From Spirochaetia bacterium (GTDB taxonomy: Bacteria; Spirochaetota; Spirochaetia; UBA9216): a stretch of 64,000 nt of DNA. This document shows, in pieces, positions 40,032 to 48,943 of the stretch. Each line of letters opens with the position of its first letter. The first letter of the stretch is position 1. The position numbers and the translations under genes are program-made. The stretch is from NCBI GenBank assembly GCA_963675665.1, contig OY776510.1, forward strand, positions 2,912,001-2,976,000, read 5' to 3'. The notes beneath the pieces were generated by a model. The model saw nothing but the letters and a program-made list of their open reading frames with translations. It did not search any database and was not told the origin of the DNA.

Positions 40032-40844
40032 ATGGGGAGAAGCAGGAAATTCACGGTAGCCGCAGTCCAGATGAAATCGGAAATGAAAAATACCGAGCTT
40101 AATCTGGAGCGGGCCATCGAATTTGTAGTAGAAGCTGCAAAAAAAGGGGCAGATATAGTGTGTTTGCCTGAACTTTTTTACACAGGTTATCATCTTAATG
40201 CTCATGACTTGCAGGATATTGCGGAGCCGGTAGATGGTAATATGGTTAACCGATTACAAAAAGTTGCCAGTGATAATCGGGTATACATAATAGGCGGGTA
40301 TGCAGAGTCTGTAAAGATTCTGGGAAGAATGTATAACTCGGCTATTTTTATAAACGATAAAGGTGAAGTCGTCGGTAATATGAGAAAGGTATATTTGTGG
40401 GGCGAGGAACGGTTGAAATTTCGCGAAGGCGATAAATTTCCTGTTTTTGATACTCCGCTTGGGAAAATCGGAATAATGATTTGTTATGATGCTGAATTTC
40501 CTGAACCCATGAGAATAATGGCATTAAAAGGCGCTGAAATTGTGTTTGTACCATCCGTATGGAGCTTTAATGCCGAGAAAAGATGGCATGTCGATCTGGA
40601 GGGCGGGGCATTATATAACCTGTTCTACACAGTCGGAACAAACACCATCGGAGACGGCGCCTGCGGCAGCTCCAAAATAGTCTCTCCTTATGCAAAAACA
40701 TTAGCCCAGGCCGCAACGGATAAGGAAGAGATTATATATTCAGAGATTGATCTGGATAATGTTATTAAAGCACGTTCAGAAATACCTTACCTGAATGATT
40801 TTAAAGAAGACACTTTTAGCATGGATGCGCTAAAAACTTATTAA
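40032..40844 (+). CDS. Nitrilase-superfamily carbon-nitrogen hydrolase (amidase)
   Basis: Glu-Lys-Cys triad: LPEL, RKVYL, ICYDAEFPE. Confidence 0.92.
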   Translation: MGRSRKFTVAAVQMKSEMKNTELNLERAIEFVVEAAKKGADIVCLPELFYTGYHLNAHDLQDIAEPVDGNMVNRLQKVASDNRVYIIGGYAESVKILGRMYNSAIFINDKGEVVGNMRKVYLWGEERLKFREGDKFPVFDTPLGKIGIMICYDAEFPEPMRIMALKGAEIVFVPSVWSFNAEKRWHVDLEGGALYNLFYTVGTNTIGDGACGSSKIVSPYAKTLAQAATDKEEIIYSEIDLDNVIKARSEIPYLNDFKEDTFSMDALKTY

Positions 40845-40859
40845 AGAAGGAGTAAAGTA

Positions 40860-42128
40860 ATGTCGGAAACAACACTTACAAAAGATGCAAACACATCTTC
40901 AGCAAAGGCTTCTGAAAATTCGGTATACGAAGAAGGAGCCTTAAAAATCACCAGATTAACCAATAAGGAAGTACTGTTTACCATTATTGGTTGTGTAATC
41001 GGTTCGGGTTCACTTGGTACAGCATATGCTGCAAGATTAGCAGGCTGGCCAATTATAGCACTGTGGTTTGTAGTATCCGGTTTCTTGACTACATGTTCAA
41101 TGTTGTATGTAGCAGAAACAACTCTCAGAACAAAGAAATTTGTTCAGCTTCCGGGACTTGCGGAAAAGTATGTTGGAAAACCGGGAGCCGTTATAATCTT
41201 CCTGGCTGTTCTGGTCAATGCTCTCGGTTGTCTGATTGCATATTTTAACGGAAGCGGAGCTATAATTTCCCAGATGATTGGCGTGCCCAGATGGGTATCA
41301 ATGCTTATCTTTTTAATCCCGGCTGCAGGTGTTTCCTGGTTCGGTCTGAAGGCTACAGGAATCGGAGCAAAAGTACTTAGTTTCGGGATGATTATAATTC
41401 TCACTATTTTATGTATAGCAACATTTTTCTCCTCGAAGGTTGATTTCAGCAATGTAGTATTTGTAAACTGGAAATACGCAATTCCGCTTTTTAACGTAGC
41501 TGCATTCAGTTATATAGGACAATATCTGGTTCCGGATTTGGCCAGGGGTATGTCTCATAACCCGAGAGCTCTTGCTCCGGCAATTGTAAAAGGTATGATT
41601 ATCTCAGGTGTATTGCTGATATGTATACCATTCAGTGTTCTTCTGGTAAACGATCCTGCTGAAGTAACACAGGTCGCAACTCTCTCATGGGGAGAAGCAC
41701 TTGGATTATGGGCTTTCTTTATCGGTAATATTTATGCCCTTATAGCCATGCTTACATCCTACTGGGCAATAAAGACTACAATAGTAACCAATATCGTTGA
41801 TGTCTTTAAATTCCGGTCTGAATGGGATATTAAAACCAGATTGTCAATAACAGCTGTTGTAACAGCTATCCCGTTATTTCTTGCTATAACCGGTCTCGTC
41901 GGATTTGTAAATGCAATTTATGCTGCAGGCACTTTCGGCGGTATTGTAATGGCTATAATTCCTGTAATGATGCTCAGAAAATCAAGGAAGATTGGAGAAG
42001 TGGAACCTTCCTGGACCTGCAGCTGGTATTCTCATTCTTTCTTCCAGGGATTGCTGATTGTAGTTTATTCTCTTGCATTCATCTATGCAGTATTAAGCCT
42101 GTTCGGATTGTTGCCGGCCGGTTGGTAG
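40860..42128 (+). CDS. Amino acid permease (HAAAP / Trp-Tyr permease family)
   Basis: IGCVIGSGSL, AETTLRT and about 11 TM helices. Confidence 0.85.
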   Translation: MSETTLTKDANTSSAKASENSVYEEGALKITRLTNKEVLFTIIGCVIGSGSLGTAYAARLAGWPIIALWFVVSGFLTTCSMLYVAETTLRTKKFVQLPGLAEKYVGKPGAVIIFLAVLVNALGCLIAYFNGSGAIISQMIGVPRWVSMLIFLIPAAGVSWFGLKATGIGAKVLSFGMIIILTILCIATFFSSKVDFSNVVFVNWKYAIPLFNVAAFSYIGQYLVPDLARGMSHNPRALAPAIVKGMIISGVLLICIPFSVLLVNDPAEVTQVATLSWGEALGLWAFFIGNIYALIAMLTSYWAIKTTIVTNIVDVFKFRSEWDIKTRLSITAVVTAIPLFLAITGLVGFVNAIYAAGTFGGIVMAIIPVMMLRKSRKIGEVEPSWTCSWYSHSFFQGLLIVVYSLAFIYAVLSLFGLLPAGW

Positions 42129-42184
42129 AGCCGTTAATTATAAATGATTTAAAAACTGTCAGCTTACTTAATAAATTCTCTATT

Positions 42185-42211
42185 AAACCTCTGCCGGAAG
42201 GCAGGGGTTTT
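42185..42211. terminator. Intrinsic terminator between convergent genes
   Basis: AAACCTCTGCC-GGAA-GGCAGGGGTTTT hairpin. Confidence 0.75.
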
Positions 42212-42280
42212 AACATTAATTGGATTCATAACGGTTTTCCGCTCAACTTATTAATGCTTCAGTTTAAAAAATGAAAAACC

Positions 42281-43408
42281 CTACCGGGAAAGCTTTTTTA
42301 CAAAACACCGCCTTCTTTTATGCTGACGATGTTCGTAGTGTCTCCATATATCCTGAACAGCTTTATTGTTTTCAAGTTCTCCGGAGGTTTCACAGCTTTT
42401 AATTCCGTTTCTGATTGCAGCCTTGTTTACTTCGGTCAGCATCAGCGCAATTATTCCCCGGCCCGAATATTCTTTTTTTACACCGATAAGATAAAGATCC
42501 AGCTTTTCAGGGTGTTTGAACGCATGCAGAATATGAAATATCCCAAACGGAAATAATCTGCCCCGGGCTTTTTGCAGCGCTTTTGTAAGCGACGGAAATG
42601 CAATTCCTGCAGCAATGACATTGTCGTTCTCATCCAGAACAAACTTCGTATAATCTGGAACAATGAAGCCGAAATACTGTTTGGTATAAAAATCTTTCTG
42701 TTTCTGTGTCAGAGGAACCGTGCCGAATAATTTTTCATAAGCCTCGTCAATTATTTCCCAGAAACCGGGAATATATGGTTTGAAATCCCCGGATTTTTTT
42801 GCATCAAGCAGCCTGATTCCGGAACGTTTGCAGATTAGATCATTAACATGAATTACTTTTTCAGGAATTTCATCGGGGACTTTGACCTCGAATTCAAGCC
42901 AGTCAACTTCCTTGCTGTAACCCAGTTTTTCCAGATGTACAGGATAATAGGAATAATTATATATCATGGGGTATGTGCCCTGCTCGTCAAATCCTTCAAC
43001 AAGCATGCCTTCTTCATCCAGGTCGGTAAAGCCCATCGGGCCTTCTATAGCCTCCATACCGTTTTCTGCGGACCATTTCTCTACGGCTGAAAAAAGCGCT
43101 GCTGAAACTTCTTCATCATCTATGAAGTCGAGCCAGCCGAATCTGGCTTTCTTTTCTCCCCATTTATTTACCAGTGCGTCATTGAGTATTCCGCCAATTC
43201 TTCCGGCAATCATGTCGTTTTTGAATGCAAGCCAGTATTTCGACCTGCAGTGTTCAAATGCAGGATTAATTTCAGAATTGAGGGTTTTCAGCTCATCCCT
43301 TATAAACGGAGGCGCCCAGTATTTGTTGTTTTTATAAAGCCGGAAAGGAAACTTTACAAACTGCCTGAGCTCCGATTTGGTTTTTACTTCTTTAATGATC
43401 ACGCTCAT
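42281..43408 (-). CDS. YghO-like GNAT-fold protein
   Basis: FVKFPFRLY, GRIGG, RFGWLDFIDD, GMLVEGF and YNYSYY motifs. Confidence 0.8.
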   Translation of the reverse strand: MSVIIKEVKTKSELRQFVKFPFRLYKNNKYWAPPFIRDELKTLNSEINPAFEHCRSKYWLAFKNDMIAGRIGGILNDALVNKWGEKKARFGWLDFIDDEEVSAALFSAVEKWSAENGMEAIEGPMGFTDLDEEGMLVEGFDEQGTYPMIYNYSYYPVHLEKLGYSKEVDWLEFEVKVPDEIPEKVIHVNDLICKRSGIRLLDAKKSGDFKPYIPGFWEIIDEAYEKLFGTVPLTQKQKDFYTKQYFGFIVPDYTKFVLDENDNVIAAGIAFPSLTKALQKARGRLFPFGIFHILHAFKHPEKLDLYLIGVKKEYSGRGIIALMLTEVNKAAIRNGIKSCETSGELENNKAVQDIWRHYEHRQHKRRRCFVKKLSR

Positions 43409-43508
43409 GCATCCTCCGTAAAAAAAAGGAAGAATATTCAGGATAAATAGTACTATATACTATTTTTATCTTTTCAGAAACAAAAATGATTGATGAAAAA
43501 TCTTGCTT

Positions 43509-44081
43509 CTAATAGATGTTTTTGATTTCCATGTATCTGAAACAGCCCGTCAGATGATCATTAACCATTCCGGCGGATTGCATATAAGCATAGCAGATAG
43601 TAGATCCGCAGAATTTGAATCCTCTTTTTTTCAGGTCTTTCGACATTGCATCCGACACGGATGTTGAGGATGGCAGGTCTGATAATTTGCTGAATGGATT
43701 GTTAATACTCTTGCCTCCGGTAAAATGCCAGATATATTTATCAAAACTCCCGAATTCCTTTTTTACCTCAAGAAACGCCTGTGCGTTGGAAACGGCTGAT
43801 CTTATTTTCAGATTGTTTCGGATAATGCCGGGATTTTGCAGAAGTTCGGAAATTTCGGTTTCATTATATGCCGCCACTTTAACAGGATCGAAACCGTCAA
43901 ATGCCAGCCGGTAATTTTCCCGTTTGCGGAGAACTGTTATCCATGAAAGGCCGGCCTGTGCGCCTTCAAGTACAAGAAGTTCGAAGTGTTTGATATCATC
44001 ATGGACAGGTACTCCCCATTCTTCATCATGATATTGAACATAGAGAGGGTCATTTCCGCACCAGCTGCATCTGCGTTTCAT
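43509..44081 (-). CDS. tag: DNA-3-methyladenine glycosylase I
   Basis: RCSW, YHDEEWG, EGAQAGLSW and NDHLTGC motifs. Confidence 0.96.
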   Translation of the reverse strand: MKRRCSWCGNDPLYVQYHDEEWGVPVHDDIKHFELLVLEGAQAGLSWITVLRKRENYRLAFDGFDPVKVAAYNETEISELLQNPGIIRNNLKIRSAVSNAQAFLEVKKEFGSFDKYIWHFTGGKSINNPFSKLSDLPSSTSVSDAMSKDLKKRGFKFCGSTICYAYMQSAGMVNDHLTGCFRYMEIKNIY

Positions 44082-44212
44082 ATTCTATCTTTAGCATATG
44101 GAACAATAAAAGAGAAGATGCTAAACGGTATGGCAATCGGAAGGAATCTGCAACTCGTGTAGGTAAAATATAGAAAAAATTGTAATAAAACACCATAAAA
44201 ACAATTATTAAT

Positions 44213-44240
44213 TTGACAAAAGTTAAATAGATGGTAAAAT
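44213..44240 (+). promoter_or_regulatory. Sigma70-type promoter of the sugar ABC operon
   Basis: TTGACA, 16 nt spacer, TAAAAT with an extended TGn. Confidence 0.6.
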
Positions 44241-44308
44241 ATCAAATAAATCTAAATAAAGACTCTCATATAAAACATGAAGAGAGAAAGAAGGACGGAG
44301 GACTTAAA

Positions 44309-45262
44309 ATGAAAAAAAAGGTTGCAGTTTTTTTAATTGTTACAACTATTCTTTTTAGCGGAACAGTATTATTCGCAAGCGGTCAGCAGGACAAAGATGA
44401 TGGTCAGCTGAAAATTGTTTATTCGCAGATTGACCTTGTTAACCCGTTTTTTATTTCAAGGCTTGAAGGTGCAAAAGCCAAATGTGAAGAACTCGGAATA
44501 AAACTTATAGTAGACGATGCGCAGTGTGATGTTTCGAAGCAGGTTTCATCAATTGAAAATTATATTGCGCAGGGTGTTGACGGTATCATTATGATTTGTG
44601 TTGATACAGCGGCAATGACCGATGTGGTTGCCCAGGCAACAGACGCCGGGATTCCGGTTATGACTGTAATTACCCTTGTTGAAGGCTCATCGGCACAGTG
44701 CATACTCGATGAGTATGAGTTCGGTTACCAGGCCGGTTTGAATGCAGGTGAATGGGTTTCTGAAGAACTGGGCGGAAAGGCTGATTGTGCTATTCTCGGC
44801 TATCCCGATATGCCGCAGAATAAATACAGAATTGACGGAATGAGAGACGGTCTTCTTAAACTTGCTCCCGGTGCGAATATTGTATCGGATAATCAGTCGG
44901 CAAATAATACGGCAGACGGTATGAAATGTACCGAGGTGCTTCTTCAGGCAAACAAAGACCTTGAAGTTATAATATGTCATTCAGATGCTGTTGCGCTTGG
45001 CGCTTATGAAGCTGTAATTGCTGCAGATCGCGATAGCGACAGGTTCTTTATCGGCGGTATTGATGCAACTCCTCCGGGGCTTGACGCAATGAAGGAAGGC
45101 GGTATTTTCAGGGCAAGCGTAGATATGATGCCGTATGCCGAAGCTGCAAACGATATAGAGATGATGGTCGATCTTATTAACGGCAAAAAGGTTGAAGACC
45201 ATGTGATTTCTTTTGAAAGGGTGACCTGGAAGAATCTCGAAGAATATCTTGCCTCAAAATAA
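44309..45262 (+). CDS. Monosaccharide ABC transporter binding protein (RbsB-like)
   Basis: ATG after GGAGG; signal peptide LFASGQQD; NPFF, AGIPV and GID motifs. Confidence 0.9.
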   Translation: MKKKVAVFLIVTTILFSGTVLFASGQQDKDDGQLKIVYSQIDLVNPFFISRLEGAKAKCEELGIKLIVDDAQCDVSKQVSSIENYIAQGVDGIIMICVDTAAMTDVVAQATDAGIPVMTVITLVEGSSAQCILDEYEFGYQAGLNAGEWVSEELGGKADCAILGYPDMPQNKYRIDGMRDGLLKLAPGANIVSDNQSANNTADGMKCTEVLLQANKDLEVIICHSDAVALGAYEAVIAADRDSDRFFIGGIDATPPGLDAMKEGGIFRASVDMMPYAEAANDIEMMVDLINGKKVEDHVISFERVTWKNLEEYLASK

Positions 45263-45288
45263 TCAGAATACAGATTAATCATTTTATT

Positions 45289-45316
45289 GCAGTCGCCCGG
45301 TGCTCCGGGCGGCTGC
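45289..45316 (+). promoter_or_regulatory. Intercistronic GC-rich hairpin (mRNA stabiliser or partial terminator)
   Basis: GCAGTCGCCCGG-TGCT-CCGGGCGGCTGC between the SBP and ATPase genes. Confidence 0.6.
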
Positions 45317-45337
45317 TGTATATATAAGGAGTCAGTT

Positions 45338-46828
45338 TTGATTAAAGATATTATCCTCGAGGCGAAAAATATCAGTAAGGGATTTCCCGGCGTTCAGGCT
45401 CTTGATGACGTGAAGTTTGATCTCAGAAAGGGCGAGGTTCATGCTTTAATAGGCGAAAACGGCGCCGGGAAATCTACTTTCATAAAAATATTAACCGGAG
45501 CTCATCAGCCTGACGGCGGACAGATCCTGCTGTCGGGAAAGAAACTTACCGATTTAACGCCACACCTTGCGATGAAATACGGTATTTCGGCGATTTACCA
45601 GGAGTTTAACCTGATCCCGTATTTAACGGTTGCAGAGAATATATTTTTTGGAAGGGAAATCACAAAATCAGTCTTTGTTGATATGGAGAAGATGAATAAG
45701 TCGGCTTCCGAAATTTTCAGGGCCATCGATGTAAATATAAATCCGAAGCTGCAGGTATCCGAGTTAACCGTTGCATATAAGCAGCTTGTAGAAATTGGTA
45801 AAGCCGTCAGTCAGAATTCCCGGATACTTATTTTTGATGAGCCGACGGCAGCGCTCACGAACAGGGAGACTGAAAACCTGTTCAAACTGATAAAAAAACT
45901 GAAAGCTGAAGGGGTCTCGATAATTTATATTTCACACAGGCTTGAAGAACTTCAGGAAATTGCGGACAGAATAACCGTTTTGCGTGACGGCCGATATATT
46001 GATACCCTGGATATTCACGAAACCGACAGGGCCGGGCTGATAAGCCTCATGGTCGGAAGAAAGCTTGGAGTAAATTTTCCGAGACCGTCTGCCGCCGGGG
46101 GTGAAGTACTTCTCGAAGTGAATAACCTGAGCACAGAAGGCTTTCTTAAGGATATAAATTTCAAGCTCAGGCGCGGAGAAATCCTCGGTTTCGGCGGCCT
46201 GGTAGGTGCCGGACGTACGGAGGTAGCCAGAGCGCTCTTCGGTCTGGACAGGATGGAATCAGGAGAGGTTTACATCAGGGGTTGTAAAGTCGAAAACAGA
46301 AGTCCGGCCAAAGCTATTGAAAACGGAATAGGTCTTATACCGGAGGACAGAAAAGACCAGGGGGTACTTCTTAATCTGTCGGTAAGGGAAAACATTGGTT
46401 ATACATTCACAAAACTTATAACAGACTGGATTTTTATAAACAGGAAAAAAGAGAAAACCCTAGTAGACGAATTCAGAAAGAAACTATCCATAAAATGTTC
46501 TTCCGCCGAACAGAGGGCGGCCAATCTGAGCGGCGGGAACCAGCAGAAAGTAGTGCTTGCAAAATGGCTTGCCGGCGACTGCGATGTTCTCATATTTGAC
46601 GAGCCGACACGCGGTATCGATGTCGGTGCAAAGCAGGAAATCTATAACCTGATAAAGGAACAGGCTGAAGCCGGAAAAGGAATAATCCTGATTTCTTCCG
46701 AAATGCCGGAACTTATTGGAATGTCCGAAAGGATAATCGTTATGCATGAAGGCGCCATAGAAGGTGTACTTTCGGCCGATGAAGTGAGTCAGGAGAAGAT
46801 CCTTGACCTTGCCTCGGGAACCAATTAA
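45338..46828 (+). CDS. Sugar ABC ATPase (RbsA-like, two NBDs)
   Basis: GENGAGKST, LSGGNQQK and DEPTRGIDVGAK; TTG start after AAGGAG. Confidence 0.93.
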   Translation: MIKDIILEAKNISKGFPGVQALDDVKFDLRKGEVHALIGENGAGKSTFIKILTGAHQPDGGQILLSGKKLTDLTPHLAMKYGISAIYQEFNLIPYLTVAENIFFGREITKSVFVDMEKMNKSASEIFRAIDVNINPKLQVSELTVAYKQLVEIGKAVSQNSRILIFDEPTAALTNRETENLFKLIKKLKAEGVSIIYISHRLEELQEIADRITVLRDGRYIDTLDIHETDRAGLISLMVGRKLGVNFPRPSAAGGEVLLEVNNLSTEGFLKDINFKLRRGEILGFGGLVGAGRTEVARALFGLDRMESGEVYIRGCKVENRSPAKAIENGIGLIPEDRKDQGVLLNLSVRENIGYTFTKLITDWIFINRKKEKTLVDEFRKKLSIKCSSAEQRAANLSGGNQQKVVLAKWLAGDCDVLIFDEPTRGIDVGAKQEIYNLIKEQAEAGKGIILISSEMPELIGMSERIIVMHEGAIEGVLSADEVSQEKILDLASGTN

Positions 46829-46843
46829 ACAAAGGAGGATTTT

Positions 46844-47812
46844 ATGCCGGATGGGTTCAATCCGATAAAGTCGATTCGTAAACATGGAATTTTCTATGTC
46901 TGTATTGTAGTTTTTATTTTTTTTGCTGTTGCATCAGATGCATTTCTTACAAAAAACAATCTGATGAATGTTGTAAGGCAGGTATCAATGCTGGGGATAA
47001 CTGCGGTAGGAATGACTTGTGTAATACTGACCTCCGGAATAGATCTGACCGTCGGGTCTGTTCTGGGGCTTGCCGGAACAGTCTGCGCCAAACTGATGGT
47101 AGAGGCGGGGTTTCATCCGGTTATATCAGTCATACTCGCACTGGTCGCCGCATGTCTGTGCGGTATCGTCAGTGCGTTTATGATCACAACCGTGCGTATC
47201 CCTCCGCTTATTGCCACGTTGGGGTTAATGGGAACAATAAGGGGCGTAATATACATACTCTGCGGCGGGTTGCCGGTTTACGGTTTTACAAAGTCCTTCA
47301 AGATAATAGGGCAGGGATATATCGGTATAATTCCGGTTCCGGTTATCATAATGATCATAATATTTATAATAGGGCATCTTTTTCTCAACCGTTCAAGATA
47401 TGGCCGGTATATTTACGGTCTCGGCGGAAATGAAGAGGCTGCACGGCTTTCAGGTGTAAATATTCGGGGAATGAAGTATCTGACATATATATTTTCATCC
47501 CTCTGTGCGGGAATTGCCGGTATCGTAATGCTTTCACGGCTATTCAGCGCCCAGCCGACAACCGGAGACGGGTTTGAAATGAATGTAATCACTGCGGTTG
47601 TTCTGGGCGGAATAAGTATTGCCGGAGGCGAAGGAAAACTCAGCGGTGTAATAGCAGGTGTTATGATCATAGGAATTCTGACAAACGGAATGATTCTACT
47701 GAATATAGATTCTTACTGGCAAATGGTTGTTCAGGGAATTGTACTTCTAATGGCGGTAGGTGTGGACCAGTTAGGGAAGTCAATGAATGGAAAAGCAAAA
47801 AAAACTATATAA
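46844..47812 (+). CDS. Sugar ABC permease (RbsC-like)
   Basis: GIDLTVGS, GGNEEAARLSG and ITAVVLGG motifs. Confidence 0.93.
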   Translation: MPDGFNPIKSIRKHGIFYVCIVVFIFFAVASDAFLTKNNLMNVVRQVSMLGITAVGMTCVILTSGIDLTVGSVLGLAGTVCAKLMVEAGFHPVISVILALVAACLCGIVSAFMITTVRIPPLIATLGLMGTIRGVIYILCGGLPVYGFTKSFKIIGQGYIGIIPVPVIIMIIIFIIGHLFLNRSRYGRYIYGLGGNEEAARLSGVNIRGMKYLTYIFSSLCAGIAGIVMLSRLFSAQPTTGDGFEMNVITAVVLGGISIAGGEGKLSGVIAGVMIIGILTNGMILLNIDSYWQMVVQGIVLLMAVGVDQLGKSMNGKAKKTI

Positions 47813-47825
47813 TTTTCAAAAAATT

Positions 47826-47854
47826 AACCGGAATCCTTTATGTTTCCGGTTTTT
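47826..47854 (+). terminator. Intrinsic terminator
   Basis: AACCGGAA...TTCCGGTT followed by a T-run after the permease gene. Confidence 0.6.
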
Positions 47855-47921
47855 AATTAAAAAATGTTTTATAAATGGAATTTTTCATAATATAATTTAT
47901 AAATAAAACGTATCAGTAGGT

Positions 47922-48815
47922 TTGTTCATGGTTGATAACTTCTTGAAAATTATTCTGCTTGTTGAAGATGATGCAATCATTGCTCTTGAAGAAACATTTA
48001 CGCTGGAGAAAAACGGTTACACAGTGGTTTCGGTCTGCAGTGGAGAAGAAGCTGTTGAAATTGCCGTAAACAGTCAAAATATTGATCTTGTCCTTATGGA
48101 TATTAACCTGGGCGACGGAATGGACGGGATTGAGGCTGCCCGTCTTATACTGAAAGAAAAAGAGATTCCTCTAATATTTCTATCATCGCACATGGAAAAA
48201 GAGATTGTTGAGAAGACTGAGTGCGTCACATCATACGGATATATCACCAAGAACTCCAGTGAAGCTGTAATGCTGACCTCTATAAAAATGGCTTTCAAAC
48301 TTTTTGCTGCCCGGCAGGACATTAAAACAACTGATCAGTATCTAAAAAATGCAAACGATACCCTTGATTCGATATTTAACTCGATAAATGATGCTATTGC
48401 TTTAATAAATATGGATTCCCGGATTGAAAAATGTAATGAAGCATTCAAAATTATTTCAGGTCGAGACGAAAAAAATATTATCGGCATGAAGTGTATGGAT
48501 TTAATACATGAAAAAGGTTTACGCCCCCCTGAATGTCCTTTTATCAGAATGCTGAAAAGCGGCAAACGTGAAAAAATGGAACTCCCTTTAAACGGTAAAA
48601 TATATGAAGTTATAGTTGATCCGTTATTCGACAATGACGGGAAAATGATTAAAGCTGTGCATATTATTACTGATATAACCGAACGGAAGCAGGCTGAAGA
48701 GGCGCTGAATAAACAGTTAAGCGAATTGTTGCTGCCTGTAAAAGATGATGATATTAATTTAAAAAATCTATTAGATACGGACTCTCTCCGGAAGCTGCAG
48801 GATTCTTTTTGCTGA
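47922..48815 (+). CDS. REC-PAS signalling protein, truncated at the start of a PocR-like domain (probable pseudogene)
   Basis: LLVEDD and LMDINL receiver motifs; PAS ending DITERK. Ends LQDSFC*; a shifted frame continues DSFADITGAAAI. Real start may be ATG 47928. Confidence 0.75.
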   Translation: MFMVDNFLKIILLVEDDAIIALEETFTLEKNGYTVVSVCSGEEAVEIAVNSQNIDLVLMDINLGDGMDGIEAARLILKEKEIPLIFLSSHMEKEIVEKTECVTSYGYITKNSSEAVMLTSIKMAFKLFAARQDIKTTDQYLKNANDTLDSIFNSINDAIALINMDSRIEKCNEAFKIISGRDEKNIIGMKCMDLIHEKGLRPPECPFIRMLKSGKREKMELPLNGKIYEVIVDPLFDNDGKMIKAVHIITDITERKQAEEALNKQLSELLLPVKDDDINLKNLLDTDSLRKLQDSFC

Positions 48816-48943
48816 TATAACAGGTGCGGCAGCTATCCCGATCCCTGCAGGACAAGTGTGATTCCCTCCCGACTGTTGCAGCATAATTATGAATAAGCCC
48901 GGTTAGCCTTGTAATTATCGCTTCTTTCCGTTATGTTCAATTC

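Noticed and set aside
48810-48890. Selenocysteine readthrough at the TGC-TGA ending the REC-PAS ORF
   Set aside because: In-frame readthrough gives no recognisable sequence, whereas a one-base frameshift restores PocR-like residues.
14307-48900. Single integrative island or prophage at tRNA-Gly
   Set aside because: No integrase, phage or conjugation genes, and no direct repeat of the tRNA 3' end found by eye; the content looks like piecemeal accretion.
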